A stretch of 64,000 nucleotides of DNA from Eledone cirrhosa (taxonomy: Eukaryota): NCBI GenBank assembly GCA_964016885.1, contig OZ024747.1, positions 26,722,001 to 26,786,000 on the forward strand. The letters run 5' to 3'. The notes under the pieces were generated by a model. It was given only the letters and a program-made list of their open reading frames with translations. It did not search any database and was not told the origin of the DNA. Numbering within the stretch: the stretch's first letter is position 1; every line of letters starts with the position of its first letter. Made by a program: the position numbers and the translations under genes. This document shows positions 12,436 through 27,204 of the stretch, in pieces.

Positions 12436-12772
12436 TGGAGGCACATGGCTTAGTGGTTAGAGCATTGGCCTTGCAATCGAAAGGTTGTGAGTTCAATTCT
12501 CAGACCGGGTGATGTGTTGTTTCCTTGAGCAAGACACTTTATTTCACATTGCTCCAGTTTACTCAGCTGTAGAAATGAGATGATAGGGACTGGGATCCCT
12601 ATCATTCCACTGCAAAGTGGTCGTGGAGGTGCCACGGCAAGAAAGCACCCAGCACTCACTGTAAATGAGGTTGGTGTTAGGAAGGGCATCCAGCTGTAGA
12701 AATCAAGCCAGAATCAGTTCCCGTCCCACCCTTGCAAGCAGGGAAAAGTGGACGTAAAATGAAATGATGATG
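12436..12772 (+). mobile_element. tRNA-derived SINE family B with RTE-like 3' end
   Basis: Head GGAGGCACATGGCTTAGTGGTTAGAGC...GAGTTCAATTC. The 3' part GGTTGGTGTTAGGAAGGGCATCCAGCTGTAGAAA is shared with the RTE UTR at ~18890. Confidence 0.85.
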
Positions 12773-12915
12773 ATAGGCACTGGCATAGATGTATGTGGTT
12801 TGGGGTTCAATATTGCTGCATGGCACCTTAGACAAGTGTCTCCTACTATACCATCAGGTTGACTAATCCTTTGTGAATGAAATTTGGTGAACAAAGACAG
12901 CAGAAGACTATGGTG

Positions 12916-12947
<32 letters not shown>

Positions 12948-14083
12948 TATATATATATACACACATACACACACATATACATGTGTATGTGTCTCTATGT
13001 TTGTCTCTGTGTGTTTCTGTCCTGTAACTTAGTTTATTGATTTTTTTTTTTTTAACTAAGTATGGGACTTAAAAAATAACTACCAAGGTAAATGTGATCA
13101 ACTAAATCAAGACAGTGCTCCAGCATGGCCCCACTCTGACAAAAATCAGTAAAAGAATATACTCATAGTATTAGTATTACCAAAGTGTCTAAGAGTATTT
13201 TGGTATAGTTGTACCAATGATCATGACAGCCAACAGTGTATTTTCTCTAACAACTGTTCAATATTTACAGTGACAATACACAGGGTCACAACTCCCCAGT
13301 TCATAAAATAAACCTAGCCCATCGTAAACGTTATGGGAGGGGGTGAGGACCATTTAAGGACATGTTTTCATGAAACCTTTCAAGAATATATTTCCAAGTA
13401 TCCCTCAGTTCTTATTAAACAAATTATAGATGATACACACAATTATGAAATGGAATATAAAAAAATAAAACATGAAAATACACAAACAATAGTTACTAAA
13501 AACAAATTGAATACATAATTTTATGTTTAAAAATGATATGTATATATATATATATATATATATATTTGTGTGTATATAATTATATATAATTATATGTATA
13601 TATTTGTGTGTGTATATAATTACATATATATATATATATTTGTGTGTGTATGTATATATATACACACACACATTTATTTATATGTGTTTCTAACATAGAC
13701 TGATGTAAAGGTTTGCGCATCAGCACAACATATTGTAATATGAAAGTAAGAATACACACACACACACAAACAAATATAGAGTGAGACAAACTATTCACAC
13801 ACACACACACATATATATGTATGCATATATATGTTCATATACCTATATACGCCGAGTGGATGCACTTCATTCTTCTCTCTCTCTGACCTGTTTGTCTGCC
13901 TATCAATCTATTTGTTTCTCCCACAAACATTATACCATCAGAGATATTTATTTCTCCATTAGATAGAGCTGTCTATCTTATGTGGTCCTTTTAGTTAAAT
14001 CGTCGAAACCACAAGCAATCTAAAAACTGATGAGATCATTTATATATATATAAATTTATATATATATATAAATTTATATATAT

Positions 14084-14430
14084 GGAGGCACATGGCTTAG
14101 TGGTTAGAGCATTGGCCTTGCAATCGAAAGGTTGTGAGTTCAATTCTCAGACCGGGCGATGTGTTGTTTCCTTGAGCAAGGCACTTTATTTCACATTGCT
14201 CCAGTTTACTCAGCTGTAGAAATGAGATGATAGGGACTGGGGTCCCTATCATTCCACTGCAAAGTGGTCGTGGAGGTGCCACGGCAAAAAAGCACCCAGC
14301 ACTCACTGTAAATGAGGTTGGTGTTAGGAAGGGCATCCAGCTGTAGAAATCAAGCCAGCATCAGTTCCCATCCCACCCTTGCAAGCAGGGAAAAGTGGAC
14401 GTAAAATGAAATGAAAATGAAATGAAATGA
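14084..14430 (+). mobile_element. SINE family B, near-identical second copy
   Basis: Differs from 12436-12772 at only a handful of positions; also preceded by (TA)n. Confidence 0.85.
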
Positions 14431-15280
14431 TACACACACGCGCACGTGCACAGACTGAAGCAATAAGGCACACCTACCAATTTCATCCCTTTGGCACACA
14501 CACACAACCAGCATCTATTGTCAGGATAATTCCAGCATCCATACACGTCTACATTAACTCACTTTTATAACAGCAATATATCTCTTTATTTCAACATGTC
14601 AGCAATCTACCTCTCTTTCCTCATCTCGTTTAATGCCATCAACCAACTTACATTATAGATATCAATTACAATATCCTCCTATTATCTATCCTCATCCTTA
14701 GTTTTTTTTCCATAAATCTTATATATTGCACTAATTTTCGCCTCTTCCTAAATACATTACCTCTTCTGCCTATTTTATCAGGTTCACATCCCTAGTGAAT
14801 TACACCTCACAAAATATACTTCTCTACTTGTCACCACTCCTATTACTTCTAACAATTCAATACTATTGGCTACTTTCAGGTTTGCTCACCACAACTTCAA
14901 ACTGTACACTGATATATTGTATGCATGCATGTATATTTGTTTAAATTTACATATAAATTATCTAATATATTTGACCATAGATACACAGATAATGAATCTA
15001 TGCCTGTGTACATACATAAATTTACTATTTAAGAAGCACGTCCTCCCATCCACTTAACTTCAGTCTCCCCTGAATCTCCCTGATGATATGCAGAATTTTA
15101 CTGAGCAGTGCAAGATAGTGGATTACATAATAATTCAGGTTTCGTAGGTGATTACATAACTGTATTGAAACACATGTTAGAGACTATTGTATAATAAATG
15201 TTGCTTCGAACTTCAACAAATGTTGCCTAGTTTTTCTTGATATCCAGTTTATATATATATATATTTATATAGACACACAT

Positions 15281-15322
<42 letters not shown>

Positions 15323-15855
15323 TGCTAGCATGGAAAATGGACGTTAAACGAAGATGATGATGATGATATATATATATATATATGTATATATGCACACACG
15401 TTTCTATATATAGATAGTTATACACACACAGAAATATACTTACACACACACACACACATATACTTACATATATATATATTTATATATATACACATATTTA
15501 CTTATATGCACACATTGTATATATATATACACTCACATATGTATACTTATATATAAATATATATATATACATATATATATACACACACTCACATATGTAT
15601 ACTTATATATAAATATATATATATATATATATACACACTCATATAATTATATATAGTCGCATATAATTATATATATGCATATATATATATATATATACTC
15701 ACATATATTTACAGATATATATATACACAAGTATGTATACATGAAATGACTATCTAGTAAAAAAAATTTTTTAAAAAGCACATAAAAAGAAGAAAAAAAA
15801 AGAAAATGTAGCCAAGGTTTTTAGCCGCGGCTACGAGGAGTCAATGAACACTTAC

Positions 15856-15955
15856 TCAATCTGATCAGTCAAGGCACCTAACTGTTGCCGCAGGGCACAT
15901 GCCTCATCTCGCTGGGCCTTAGATTCGGCCTGAAGTTGTCGACAGTGTTCCGACG
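15856..15955 (-). CDS. MLXIP: Mondo/ChREBP-family gene, leucine-zipper exon
   Basis: TTGTAG|CG acceptor and GA|GTAAGT donor; 100 nt, phase 1/2. ASEHCRQLQAESKAQRDEACALRQQLGALTDQIE has a heptad pattern. Confidence 0.92.
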
Positions 15956-17356
15956 CTACAATAGGGAGACGAGTCAGAATTTTGGGTAAGGGCTGTCCCC
16001 TGGCTACAGGGAACCTAACGTGTACCATATGCAAGGTGCCCATTGACGATAATTTTTCCTTCTTCATCATACAATTTAACTACCACTACCACCACCAACA
16101 CTTCTAATACTATAAACTATCTTAGTAATATTACTACTATTATTAACTCTATACATCCTGTAGTGATTTAACAGAAAATATCTAAAAACTGGATTGTTAA
16201 TTCAATTGTTTATAGTAGCTTTACTGGTAGATAGGTTGTAGAAAAAATATTCAGTATTAGAGTAAAGACTTTAATTTTGAGCATGATGCAGTCATAGTGC
16301 TGTTTTATACTTTTCAAAAATGTCTTGGTTTTGTGTGGTAGAGAATGTTAAGAGTTAGACTTCCACACTGCAATATAATGAAATTCCATGTTAAGAGCTT
16401 CAAGAATTTCCACATGATGATATGATGGAGTTCCATGTGAAGAACGTTAAGAAATTCCATTTCAGTCAAGACTGACAGGAATTCTGGCATCAGAAACAAG
16501 CTTCATGTCTGCAGAATGGAAGAAAACCAAAATAAAACTTAAACCCATCCTTCTTTGAAAATATATAATTTTACACAAGATGTGAACACAATGCAATTCT
16601 TTTTCCTGATTTCATTCTCTATAGCAATGAAAGGTCTAAAAAACATTTAAATTCACTACTTCTACTCAACTCTTTTATTCATTACTATTTTTATAATTTA
16701 TAATTTTTAAATAATTTTGAAAATAATCAAAGATTTGAAGGGATTTAGTAAAATAACTTCCTTATTAACCTAACAAACATACATAAATTTATGATGGAAG
16801 GTTTTTAGATAAAGACTTTTTTTATAAATATAAACACTTTAACCCTTTTGTTATATTTCTAATGGAAGACACCGTCTATAATTTGGAAAATAACCAAAAC
16901 TTTGAAAGGATGTATAACTAACATACTCATTAAGCTGATGTTTGAAACAAAATAAGTATAAATGAAGTAGGGGCAGTTTCAGGTGGTTTAGTATCAAAAG
17001 AATTTAATCGAAGACAAGGCTGCTGAAATTGGGAGATAAATTTGAGATGACTGATGCCTGTAGCTCTTAACCAGACATTTCTTTTTATTAGCAGTAACCC
17101 AAATATTTATGTTCCCATACGTGCACCATACACATGTGGAAGAATATATATATACATATGTATGTATGTATCAAGAAAAGTAAACCTTTTCAAAATCTAA
17201 AGGTTTTTTATAATGTTTCGTTGTTTTATAGGTTTACCGTTTGAGAAGCTCAGGCTGTCATAACTGATAGTCCTCAACAAAATGTACATTACAGATTTTA
17301 ATAAACTTAAGTCATATGAATATGACCTTAGATTTTTATTGATATATATATATACA

Positions 17357-17909
17357 GTCCAGTTGCCCACTGGGTCTGAAGAATGGATACATATGGCGGC
17401 ATAACCAGGTGCTTAGACTACTGGCAGATGTAGTGGAAAAGAAGGTGAAGCGGATGAACAACAGCAAGAGACCACAACTAAAGGAGAAGAGCAGGATGAA
17501 GTTTTGTAAAGGGGCTGCAAACCAGTCACTGTAAGAATGAAGACTGACCCAAAATGGGAGGGGATCTGGGAGGTCTCAGTTGATCTGGACAGCAAATACC
17601 ACTTTCCCCTTATTACCACCAAGAGACCCGACCTCGTGGTGCAGGGAAAGGAAGGTGATAAAGATGGTGGAGGTTAACAGGAAGGCCAGGAAATACAGTG
17701 AGCTGGTTGAAATCTGTGAATCCTATGGATAAGAAGCATTCTGTTTCTCTGTAGAGGTAGGAGGTAGAGCATTTGTCAGAACCAGGGTTGACTCATTCCT
17801 CAAGGGCTTTTGACTGACAACAAAGGAAAGGAAATATCTTTCTATGGTATTATCGGAGGCAGCCGAGAAAGCAAGTTACTACATCTGGCTCAAAAGAGAA
17901 AATGAATGA
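17357..17909 (+). mobile_element. degenerate 3' fragment of an RLE-type non-LTR retrotransposon (HERO-like)
   Basis: Translates to SSCP...YIWRHNQVL, KRPDLVV, KYSELV, VEVGGRAF and AAEKASYYIWLKR, i.e. a restriction-like endonuclease region with stops and frameshifts. Confidence 0.75.
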
Positions 17910-18227
17910 TGTGCTTGACACATTGAGGTAGATGAAGATGTCTGGCTTAGAATCATAACACCAAACCCATCAAATTTCATGCTGTTCTGACGCATTGAGG
18001 TGGATGGAATCACAGCATTAGACTCACCAAAGATTGTGCTGTTGTGCAGAAGTCTTCACACCTACATTGATGGGTGGTCGCAAGAAGTTCTGGTGTTACA
18101 GTGGAAGATGCCGATGTATCTACAGATGAGACATTGGCTTCAGCATTTGGAGACGGAGTACAACAGCACCTCAGCTTCTGTGTTTACCAAACAACATATA
18201 TATATATACATATATACACACACTATA

Positions 18228-19160
18228 CGATGCCTGCATACGAACAGCAATGCTGCATGGCAGTGAGACCTGGGCATTGTGTGCAGAGGATATACGCAGA
18301 CTAGAGAGGAACAAAGCTTGCATGCTCCGCTGGATGTGCAATAGTAATATACGTGAACGGCAAAGCATAAACGAACTAAGGAAAAAATTAGAAATAAGAG
18401 GGATCAGATGTTGTTTACTCGAGAGAAGGCTACGTTGGTACGGTTACGTGATGCGCATGAAAGACGACAGCTGTATAACAAAGTGCAGGGCAATAAAGAT
18501 AGACGGTAGCCACGGAGTAGGCAGACCCAGAAAAACATGGGACGAGCTGATAAATTCCGACCTCACACGCTTACACCTCTCCAAGACAATGTCACTGGAC
18601 CGAGACCTTTGGCGGTACTCAGTAATAGAGAAGACCCGCCTTACCTAAATACAAAGTAAAACCTACTACAGTCAGTAGGCATCTCTATCAAAACACACCC
18701 CCGTCCCACCACCTCCACCCCATCCACACCGCCCCTTTCAATGTAAAGTTATGTTGGTCCCACAACATCCAGGCCGAAACAAATGAGATCGTGTAGGTGT
18801 CACGACAAAAAAAAAAACACACAGTCCACGCTGTAAATGTGGCCGTGTAGGCAACACGGTAAAAACCTCCCAGCCCCACACTGTAAATGTGGTTGGTGTT
18901 AGGAAGGGCATCCAGCTGTAGAAAACCCGCCAGACAGTCCACGCTGTAATGTGGCCGTGTAGGCAACACGGTAAAAACCTCCCAGCCCCACACTGTAAAT
19001 GTGGTTGGTGTTAGGAAGGGCATCCAACTGTAGAAAACCTGCCAGACAGTCCTATGCGAGCAAGACAACCACTCTTGCCTCAAGTGGGAAAACCCCCGTC
19101 CAAACCCATGCAAGCGTGGAACACGGACGCTAAACCTGATGATGATGATGATGATGATGA
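18228..19160 (+). mobile_element. RTE-clade LINE 3' fragment with 3' UTR and (TGA)n tail
   Basis: MLHGSETWAL...RLRWYGYVMRM...GRPRKTW is typical of an RTE C-terminus. About 119-bp internal duplication in the UTR; ends in (GAT)n. Confidence 0.85.
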
Positions 19161-22100
19161 CAGGCATTATATGTGACTTCTACTGGACTAATTGTGTTCT
19201 TTTTTCATTCCTCTTCGGAAAACCCTCTTAATTTCCAATTAGAAAATCATGGTGTAATAAAGAAAGAGCACTCAATATCATGTATATTCTGTCAGTTTTG
19301 ACATGGTATCATATGGGTAGTGCAGGACAGAGTTAAATACATCAATAATACAACATGAAGGCTAGATTTTATAACTTCTATAATCACGCTATAGCCATGA
19401 TACGTATTTCTATGGTGAAATAGTCGTCATGTTGTTATTACAAAGGTCTGTCTCCAGATACATACATTATGATGCTGGTGGTGCAAAGTGTGTATATAAT
19501 GAAAGCTATGCACTCCCACCTCATTGATGATGAGATGAAAGGAGCATGAATGAGGAGAATACAAGAGAGAGACAGACAGACAGAGAGAGACTACTCCAAG
19601 TAGACCTATCAGAGATCCGCTATTGAAATTGACAGCTCCATTGTTGAAAGTCATTAAAAATATGAAAGCAGTTAAATCAGCTGGACCATCAGGGATAGTG
19701 ACCAAAATATTCTTGCTGATTGGTAATATGATAAACATGATCATAGTTTTTTTCAATTTACACCTTATACTTATGCAGGTGTAGCTGGCCCCTTATGAGG
19801 TTGTATCTCATAGGAGATTTCTCAGGTGTTTTAATGATAGGAGCTCTAGTCTTGCCATGTTGTTACAGCTGACACCTATGCAGATTTAGCTGGAACCCAC
19901 ATCCCATAGGAAGTTTCTTGGGAGTTTTAATGACATGGGCCCTTATCCTACCTTGAAAAGCAACATGAATGAAGTGTATTGCTCAAGAACACAATGTATC
20001 ACCTTAAAACCATAACCTCTATGCCCCTAGTCTTCACAAACGTGATCTTGAACTATAAGCAATGGAAACGAGATGAAATATCTGGTAAGTTCCAGCCAGC
20101 TGAATGTGGAGCTACAGTTTAGATTTAACACAACAGCTATAACACAACAATCTACGGGAACTGTTAAATGCCCAACAGGTACACCATAATCTGGCATGTC
20201 ATAAGAGGTGACCCTATGGTGAGTATGATGCCCTGCAAGGCTAACGCCTGTATTAGCATGGGAAAATGACTTTAAAACCTTTATTGTTTATTGGTGATAG
20301 TAAGGGCATCTAGCCACAGAAAGCATGCCAAACAAAGGCTCAAGGGACTTTTCAGTTGTGTCAAAGACATGAGAACATCCTAAGTACTGGTGCCATGATA
20401 AAATACACCTTGTGCACTGTAGAATGCAGCAATGAATGTAAGTGAGATGCAAACCTATAGCCTCTCAGGGGTCAGTAACTCCAATTAACTATTGTAAGAA
20501 CCTGTCCAATCCTTGCTAGCAGAGAATCATCATCATCATCATCACCATTTTACGTCCGTTCTTCCATGCTAGCATGGGTTAGACGGGTTGTCCTGTTGTG
20601 GGCAGTGTCTGGTCGGCTGATCATGCCTTGCTCATACAGGAACTGATTTTGGCTTGATTTCTACAGCTGGATGCCCTTCCTAACACCAACCTCATTTACA
20701 GTGAGTGCTGGGTGCTTTTTTCCATGGCGCCTACACGTCCACTTTACAGTGTGGGCTGGGTGCTTTTTTGCCGTGGCACCTCCACGACCACTTTGCAGTG
20801 GGAGGGTGTGGGGGCATATTGTCTATATGCTTCAGCTTGTACCCATGAGAGGTCGGATACTCTGTATTAATGCGTGACACCAGATGATAAGTGATGATGA
20901 TGATGATGGTGATGCCATGTATGTGCAAGATAATATGTGCAAGATAAAGTATCTAAGAAATATTTTAGGGTTTAGCAAAATGTATGGTATAATTCAAAAT
21001 GTTATTCAGACTGATACAATAACTAGAGACTAAAATGAAGTATTGTTCATCAGAATATATTTTATTTAGTTGAAGCCTTAGTTGTTGGACCTCGGCAGTT
21101 TCTATTAATGAGTGATCTAGTTGATTCAATCAACAGAACAACCTGCTCATGAAATTAACATGCAAATGACAGATTATTCCACAGACGTGTGTATCCTTAA
21201 CATAGTTCTCAGGGAGATTCAGCATGAAGAAATGTGTGACAAATCTGGCTCCTTGAATTACAGATACAACCCATGGAGCAACATTAAATAAAGTGCCTTG
21301 CTTAAGGACATAATATAACGCCCAGGCCAGAAATCAAACTCACAACTTTACAATCTTGAACCCAGCACTCTAACCACTAAGACACACATCTTCACTGAAC
21401 ATTCAGTAACAATTTGCTAATAAAATGTTCTCATCTATCAATTGTTATGTTTTATTTTTATATTATGTTTTTTCACAAATTTTATTCCATCAATGAAATG
21501 TTCAACTTCTTATGTTCATTATATTATAGTATGTCTAAAAATGCTACTAGATAATCTATAGAATACCTAGACATACCATTAAACCTTTTATTACCACATT
21601 TCTAAGGAAACCCACTGTCTATGACTTCCAATTAATTTTGAAAATAATCAAGAATATAAATAGATTTAGTAACATAAAACAAAACTATTATGATTAAAGT
21701 TCTTTCATATAGTTTGGTATCAAAAGTGTTAATGTCCCAAGGTAAAATAAATAAGGTTAAATGAAATAAGCTTATTTCATATTTGGCTCCAAAAATGCTA
21801 CACATGATAGAATGTTATTCAATACCTTAGTTTCACACAATACTGGTAACATAAATATTAACAATTGAGTTAAGTTGTCATTACTAAGATAGCATTAATA
21901 TATTTAATACAAGGAGCATTAAAGTGCTAAGTAGAACTCCATAACCTTTCAAAAGCTCAATACTGTAAATGTTCAGATAGCATACCCTTCAATAACCCTA
22001 TCTCACAGTATTCAATATAACCTTCTTTTCTCTTAAGGGAGTAAGCCAGATGAGAATTTCATTCTCAGATTTAAAAAGACACTTTTACCACCAGTGTCAA

Positions 22101-24392
22101 CTAAGAATATTTCCCCTTAAATTTTCTTAACCCTTTTCATACCAAACCACCTCAAACTGCCCCTGGTTTTGTGATACAAAACCTTTTGTTTTAATGTATT
22201 TATATTTATCTAGACATCTTCTATCATAAATTTATGTAAGAACATTTATGTAGTTATGCTCCAAACAGCAGCTTAATGAGAAAATTTTGATTATTTTCAG
22301 CATAACTTGAAAATCATAGGCAGTGTCTATCCATTAAAAATATGGTAATGAAAAGATTAATAATGGTAACTGAAATGAAACAGAAGTTTATATGTTAACA
22401 TCCTTCATTATAGTATCATTAATCCTCAGTCCCCAAATATTACCATTCCTTAGTTTAAAGGAAAGTAAAAAGGAACAGTAAATCAGAATATTTTAGTTAA
22501 CTCATTTGTACTATATAGGAAGGGCAGCTAATATAGGAAGGGCAGCTATAGAAAACCTACCAAACAAAGGTTTGGGAGGATTCTTCAGTTGTGTCAAAGA
22601 CATGACAACATCCCTAGTGCTGGTGCCATGATAAAATACACTTGAAAATAATTAAGAACTTGAAAGGACTTAATAAAATAATTTATTCAATATTATTAAA
22701 CTGATGTTAGGAATTTAATTTAACACATTCATTACCATATTTTCAATAAAAGACACAGCCTATGATTTTCAGATAACTTTGAAAATAACCAAGAATTTGG
22801 TGGAATTTAGTAATGTAACTTTCTCATTCTCATGTTGATGCTTGAAGCATAACTTAAAGGTTCTTACATAAATTTATGATAGAAGGTTTTTAGATAAACA
22901 AACACTTTAAAATAGTTTTGTATCATAGAACAAAAGTTGGTTTCAGATTGTCAAAGAAGTTTTTAAAAAAACTTAAGTAAGATATTTGTAGTTGACAATG
23001 ATGGTAAAAGAGTGTCTTTTTAAATCTCTGGTAAAAAGTGGGCACATAACATCACAGAATGGACCAGTAAAGACTTAATAGCACAACCCACTAACTTGTA
23101 GCAGAGATAAATGGAGGGAGGTGGTATACTGCTCTTCTCTGCAGGGCTCCTATGACCCTGGGTATCAAGAGAAAAGTGAAATGAAGAATATTCTCATAAA
23201 AAGATATTACACCAAGAAAGAAGAGAAATAAATCTAAGAAGAATGCTCTCATATCTCCATAGTTTCCTACCTAGCAGTGTACTTAAAGGAAATATATTTT
23301 CATCTGACATGATGCCCACTTTGAAAAGATCAGCAAATATTGAATCACACTTCAAGATCAGAGATGAAGCTGTCATTACAATGATGGAAATATAAAATTT
23401 CAAAATTATCTTCTATTGCTTAAACACTTAACATCCTGTAATAACTTGGAAGAGAATGCCTAAAAAAGGCTTTTGTTAATTCAAATGTTTATAGTATATT
23501 TACTAGTGAACATATCATTGTGAAAATTTGCAATAGACTTTAATTATAAATGTGATGCAATCATAGTGCTGTTTTCAAGACTATCTTGCTGGTGGGGTTT
23601 CATGGGGTACAGGATGTTAAGAGTTAAAACAAAACAAACAAAAATTTGATTTTTTTTTTTAAATTGTTTGATGCTGATACCACATTTATGACAAAAAAAA
23701 ATGGACATCTTTTTACCAATGAGATGAAAAAAAGTGTCAGGAACGAAGTTGTGTCAATTTTTGATTTTTCAATAAATTCTCCATTAATGGGAAGAATATC
23801 TTAAAACAGAAGAAGAATATTTTCGACACATCTATTCTAAGGGCAACACTGAAGCTTGTTTCTGATCTTTCTCTTGTGACACTACCATAAATCAGTGTCT
23901 CTTGTTGTGCAAACCTGTACTGGTCTTAGTTACAATTTTGAAGACACTTTCTTGAAAAAAGTAAATTCCTTGTAAGTTTTTATCAGATCTGCTTTTCTTC
24001 CCCCACTGACCACACCATGCTAACTCTCCTATGATAAATATATAGATAGATAAGTCTCTATATAGACTAAACTACTACCGTTCAAGGAGCACCCTGATCA
24101 TAGAACACACACCTAACTAGATCACTCTACTGGAAATACAATGATCTTTCTGTGTATGGAAACGTGGAATGGTATAATTCCACGTATATAACATGGAATG
24201 ATATAATAAAGGAAACTTCTTCAAAGAGAAATACTCAGGTTTAGCAAACAACTTAATACATCATTTTATAAGTCTCAAACATGACAAAAAAAAAGAGAAG
24301 ATTTCAAATTAGACAATTGGGAAAAGCACAAACACAAAAAATATAAAATAATCAAAAACAAACATTTTTTTTCAATAAACATATATATACAC

Positions 24393-24443
<51 letters not shown>

Positions 24444-26262
24444 CATACATACATACATACATACATACATACATAATATACATACACATAATCAAGAAAG
24501 AATAGCAAGCAAAAGCATTTCTCTTTGAATACTCAGACTTCATTATATTTTTTTATAAGAATTAAGAATCATTAAAAAAAAAGTGTATGCTCACAGTTCC
24601 TACGTTTATGTGGTGTGGAGATGATGCAGGCAGTCACAAACCATATTATACAATTTTTGATAAACCTACTGTGATGCCTTACATTTTTGAAAGGGGGACT
24701 AAACTTTTATTTTCCCCAGTTTAAGAAAGGACATATCAAGTTACTTCCCCTTACATAATTCAGTATTCATCTTAACCCTTTAGCATTTACATTACTCTAT
24801 ATATACCATTGTATTTTCATGGTAAAGGCTTTACCTCACATAATATTGAATCTACAAGATTTTTATATTATTTATTTTGAGAACAATACCTTAACATAAG
24901 TATAAGCAGCCGATTACAGCTGGTTTGAACAGAAAGAGGTGAGAGAATTCTGGCCAGATATGGCCGGTTTAAATGCTAAAGGGTTAGATTATTTAAACTC
25001 TTTCATTTCCATTGGATAAAAAGCCACTGCAGTATTTCTTCCAGCTCTTTACATTCTAGATCAAATAACATTAAGTTCAACTTTCCTTTTTATCATTCTG
25101 GGGTTGATAAAACAAAATGCCAGTCAAGTACTGGTACTAATTTAATCAACTTTGCCCTTTGCCGAAATTTGTTGGCTTTTGCATAAATTATAAATTATTA
25201 TTAAACTGTTGTTTGGAATTTAACAAGTTTTAACAAAATTATAATGGAAGTTTTTTGATAAAAAAATAGTTTTGTACTGGCAAACAAAGGGAATTTTGGT
25301 ATCAAATCAGTTTAATCATTATTTAATGTGTCAATTCTACTAATATTTATAAAATTACAAAACTACATAATTCTAGAATTAATTTTATTCCCCTAGTACT
25401 ATTATTATTATTATCTGTTTTCCATGCTAGCATGGGTGGTCCATGCCGAAGACATTTTGCTTATATGTTCCATAAATGGCATGGTTTCTGTGGTTGAATA
25501 CTCTTCCTAATGCCAACCACGTTATTGATATCTATGCTTCAAAAATAAAAACAAAAACAATGAAATCCTTGTTACATATACATATATTTATTTGTCTACT
25601 GAATTAGCTACTTTTTCCCCACATGTTTAAACCCATTTTTAAATAAACTAGACTGAAGCATACACAATGCCATTTTTGTTTTTATGTTCTCAAGTTAAAG
25701 GAATAATAATAATTATCCCATCACTTATAAAATTATTTATATATTTAATTAAATATGGGATTTTAATCTTTTTTTTATTTTTCATTAATTCAAAAACAGG
25801 GGTATGAAAACATCAGAAAGATCATTGCAAATAGGGAACATACAAAATGTTTTTTAAAAATAATAAATCTTAAAAACAAGTAAACTAAAAGTAAGCAATA
25901 AAAAAAAAATAGAATTATATATATATAAAATATCGCTTTTATGTATGTATAAAAATGTTATATATATAATTCAGAAAGACAATATACATGCACACTTATA
26001 CTTACATATAAGCTCAGATTACTTACATTACAGTTTTGGACTATAGGGTAATGTAAGCAGGTATAACAGAAATAATAAAAACTATTCTTTAAACATTTTT
26101 TTTTTTTTTCAATTTATAAATGCTATTTGCTATTTCTATATATTTTTTAATTTTATTTATATCTTTTGTTTTTCAATATATTTTTTTTAACTTTCTTTGT
26201 TGTGTGAGAGGAATTGAGATAAGAGGGGAGAAAAATAATAAAATATAGACAGCTCAACTTAC

Positions 26263-26353
26263 CTTTAAATAACATTGACGCTTTGCTGTCTTTCGCAGAA
26301 CTGTTGTTTTCTTGAAGGGCAGGCACAAGTTCCTGTAGAGTTTCAAAGCCTCT
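26263..26353 (-). CDS. MLXIP: Mondo/ChREBP-family gene, helix1-loop-helix2 exon
   Basis: TTTCAG|AGA acceptor and AAAG|GTAAGT donor; 91 nt, phase 0/1. RGFETLQELVPALQENNSSAKDSKASMLFK continues the bHLH in frame. Confidence 0.92.
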
Positions 26354-27056
26354 CTGAAACATCAGCATAACCACATAGAGACAGAGTGGACCGATAATAA
26401 TACCAGAGGAAGGACCCAGTAACAACAGTATCACAACAATAACAATATATCAAAGACAAAGAAGAAATGAAACATTTTGGAAAGGAATCTAGCAAGAGGA
26501 TGGGTATAGGGTCAATACTCGTGCAGAGAGAGGTAAAGTAAGGGTGTATGAGTAACCAACAACATAGTCCAGCTTTATGAGCATTTCATATTTAAACACA
26601 CACATATACATATATACACATATACAAACACATACCTATGTACACATATATACACATATACTCACACGTGTCATATATATACATACACACACACAGACCA
26701 TATGTGCTGGTATTTAAAATGACTGGGTGTATAAGCTGTGTCAGTAGTTACCAAGGCAACAGTTAACCCTACCATCACCCACACCAACAACTTACCTACT
26801 CAGCAGGTCTTAAGGTTCATATTTGATACCTGGAGCATGTATATATATTTATTGTTTGGTATGTTACACTTAAAAGATTTTATGTTGCTACACATTTATT
26901 TTGAAACAGAAACAATATAAAGCAAATAAATAAAAGGAAAACAAGGCTATATATATATATATATGATTCCAGTTCCTCGGAGAATGGACATATCGATGGA
27001 TTGACGGAGTAAAACACACTTCAATATGTGTACCTGTCTTTCCCACACCAATTCGG

Positions 27057-27111
27057 ACTGCCTGAAGAGGTCACAGCCAATGATGGCTGTCACCAAAATA
27101 TATATAGCAGT
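27057..27111 (+). ncRNA. hammerhead ribozyme relic (GAAA to AAAA)
   Basis: ACTGC CTGAAGA GGTCACAGCCA-ATGA-TGGCTGTCACC AAAA TATATA TA GCAGT; all stems intact, one core substitution. Confidence 0.7.
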
Positions 27112-27162
27112 ATATCTATAATTTGTAATAAACGAAGCCAAATTTTACATATTTGACTTAAT

Positions 27163-27204
<42 letters not shown>

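Noticed and set aside
13850-14040. Possible additional hammerhead relic on the minus strand; similar weak cases at ~17230-17295 and ~63885-63950
   Set aside because: Two or more core mismatches and poor stems; cannot be distinguished from chance by eye.
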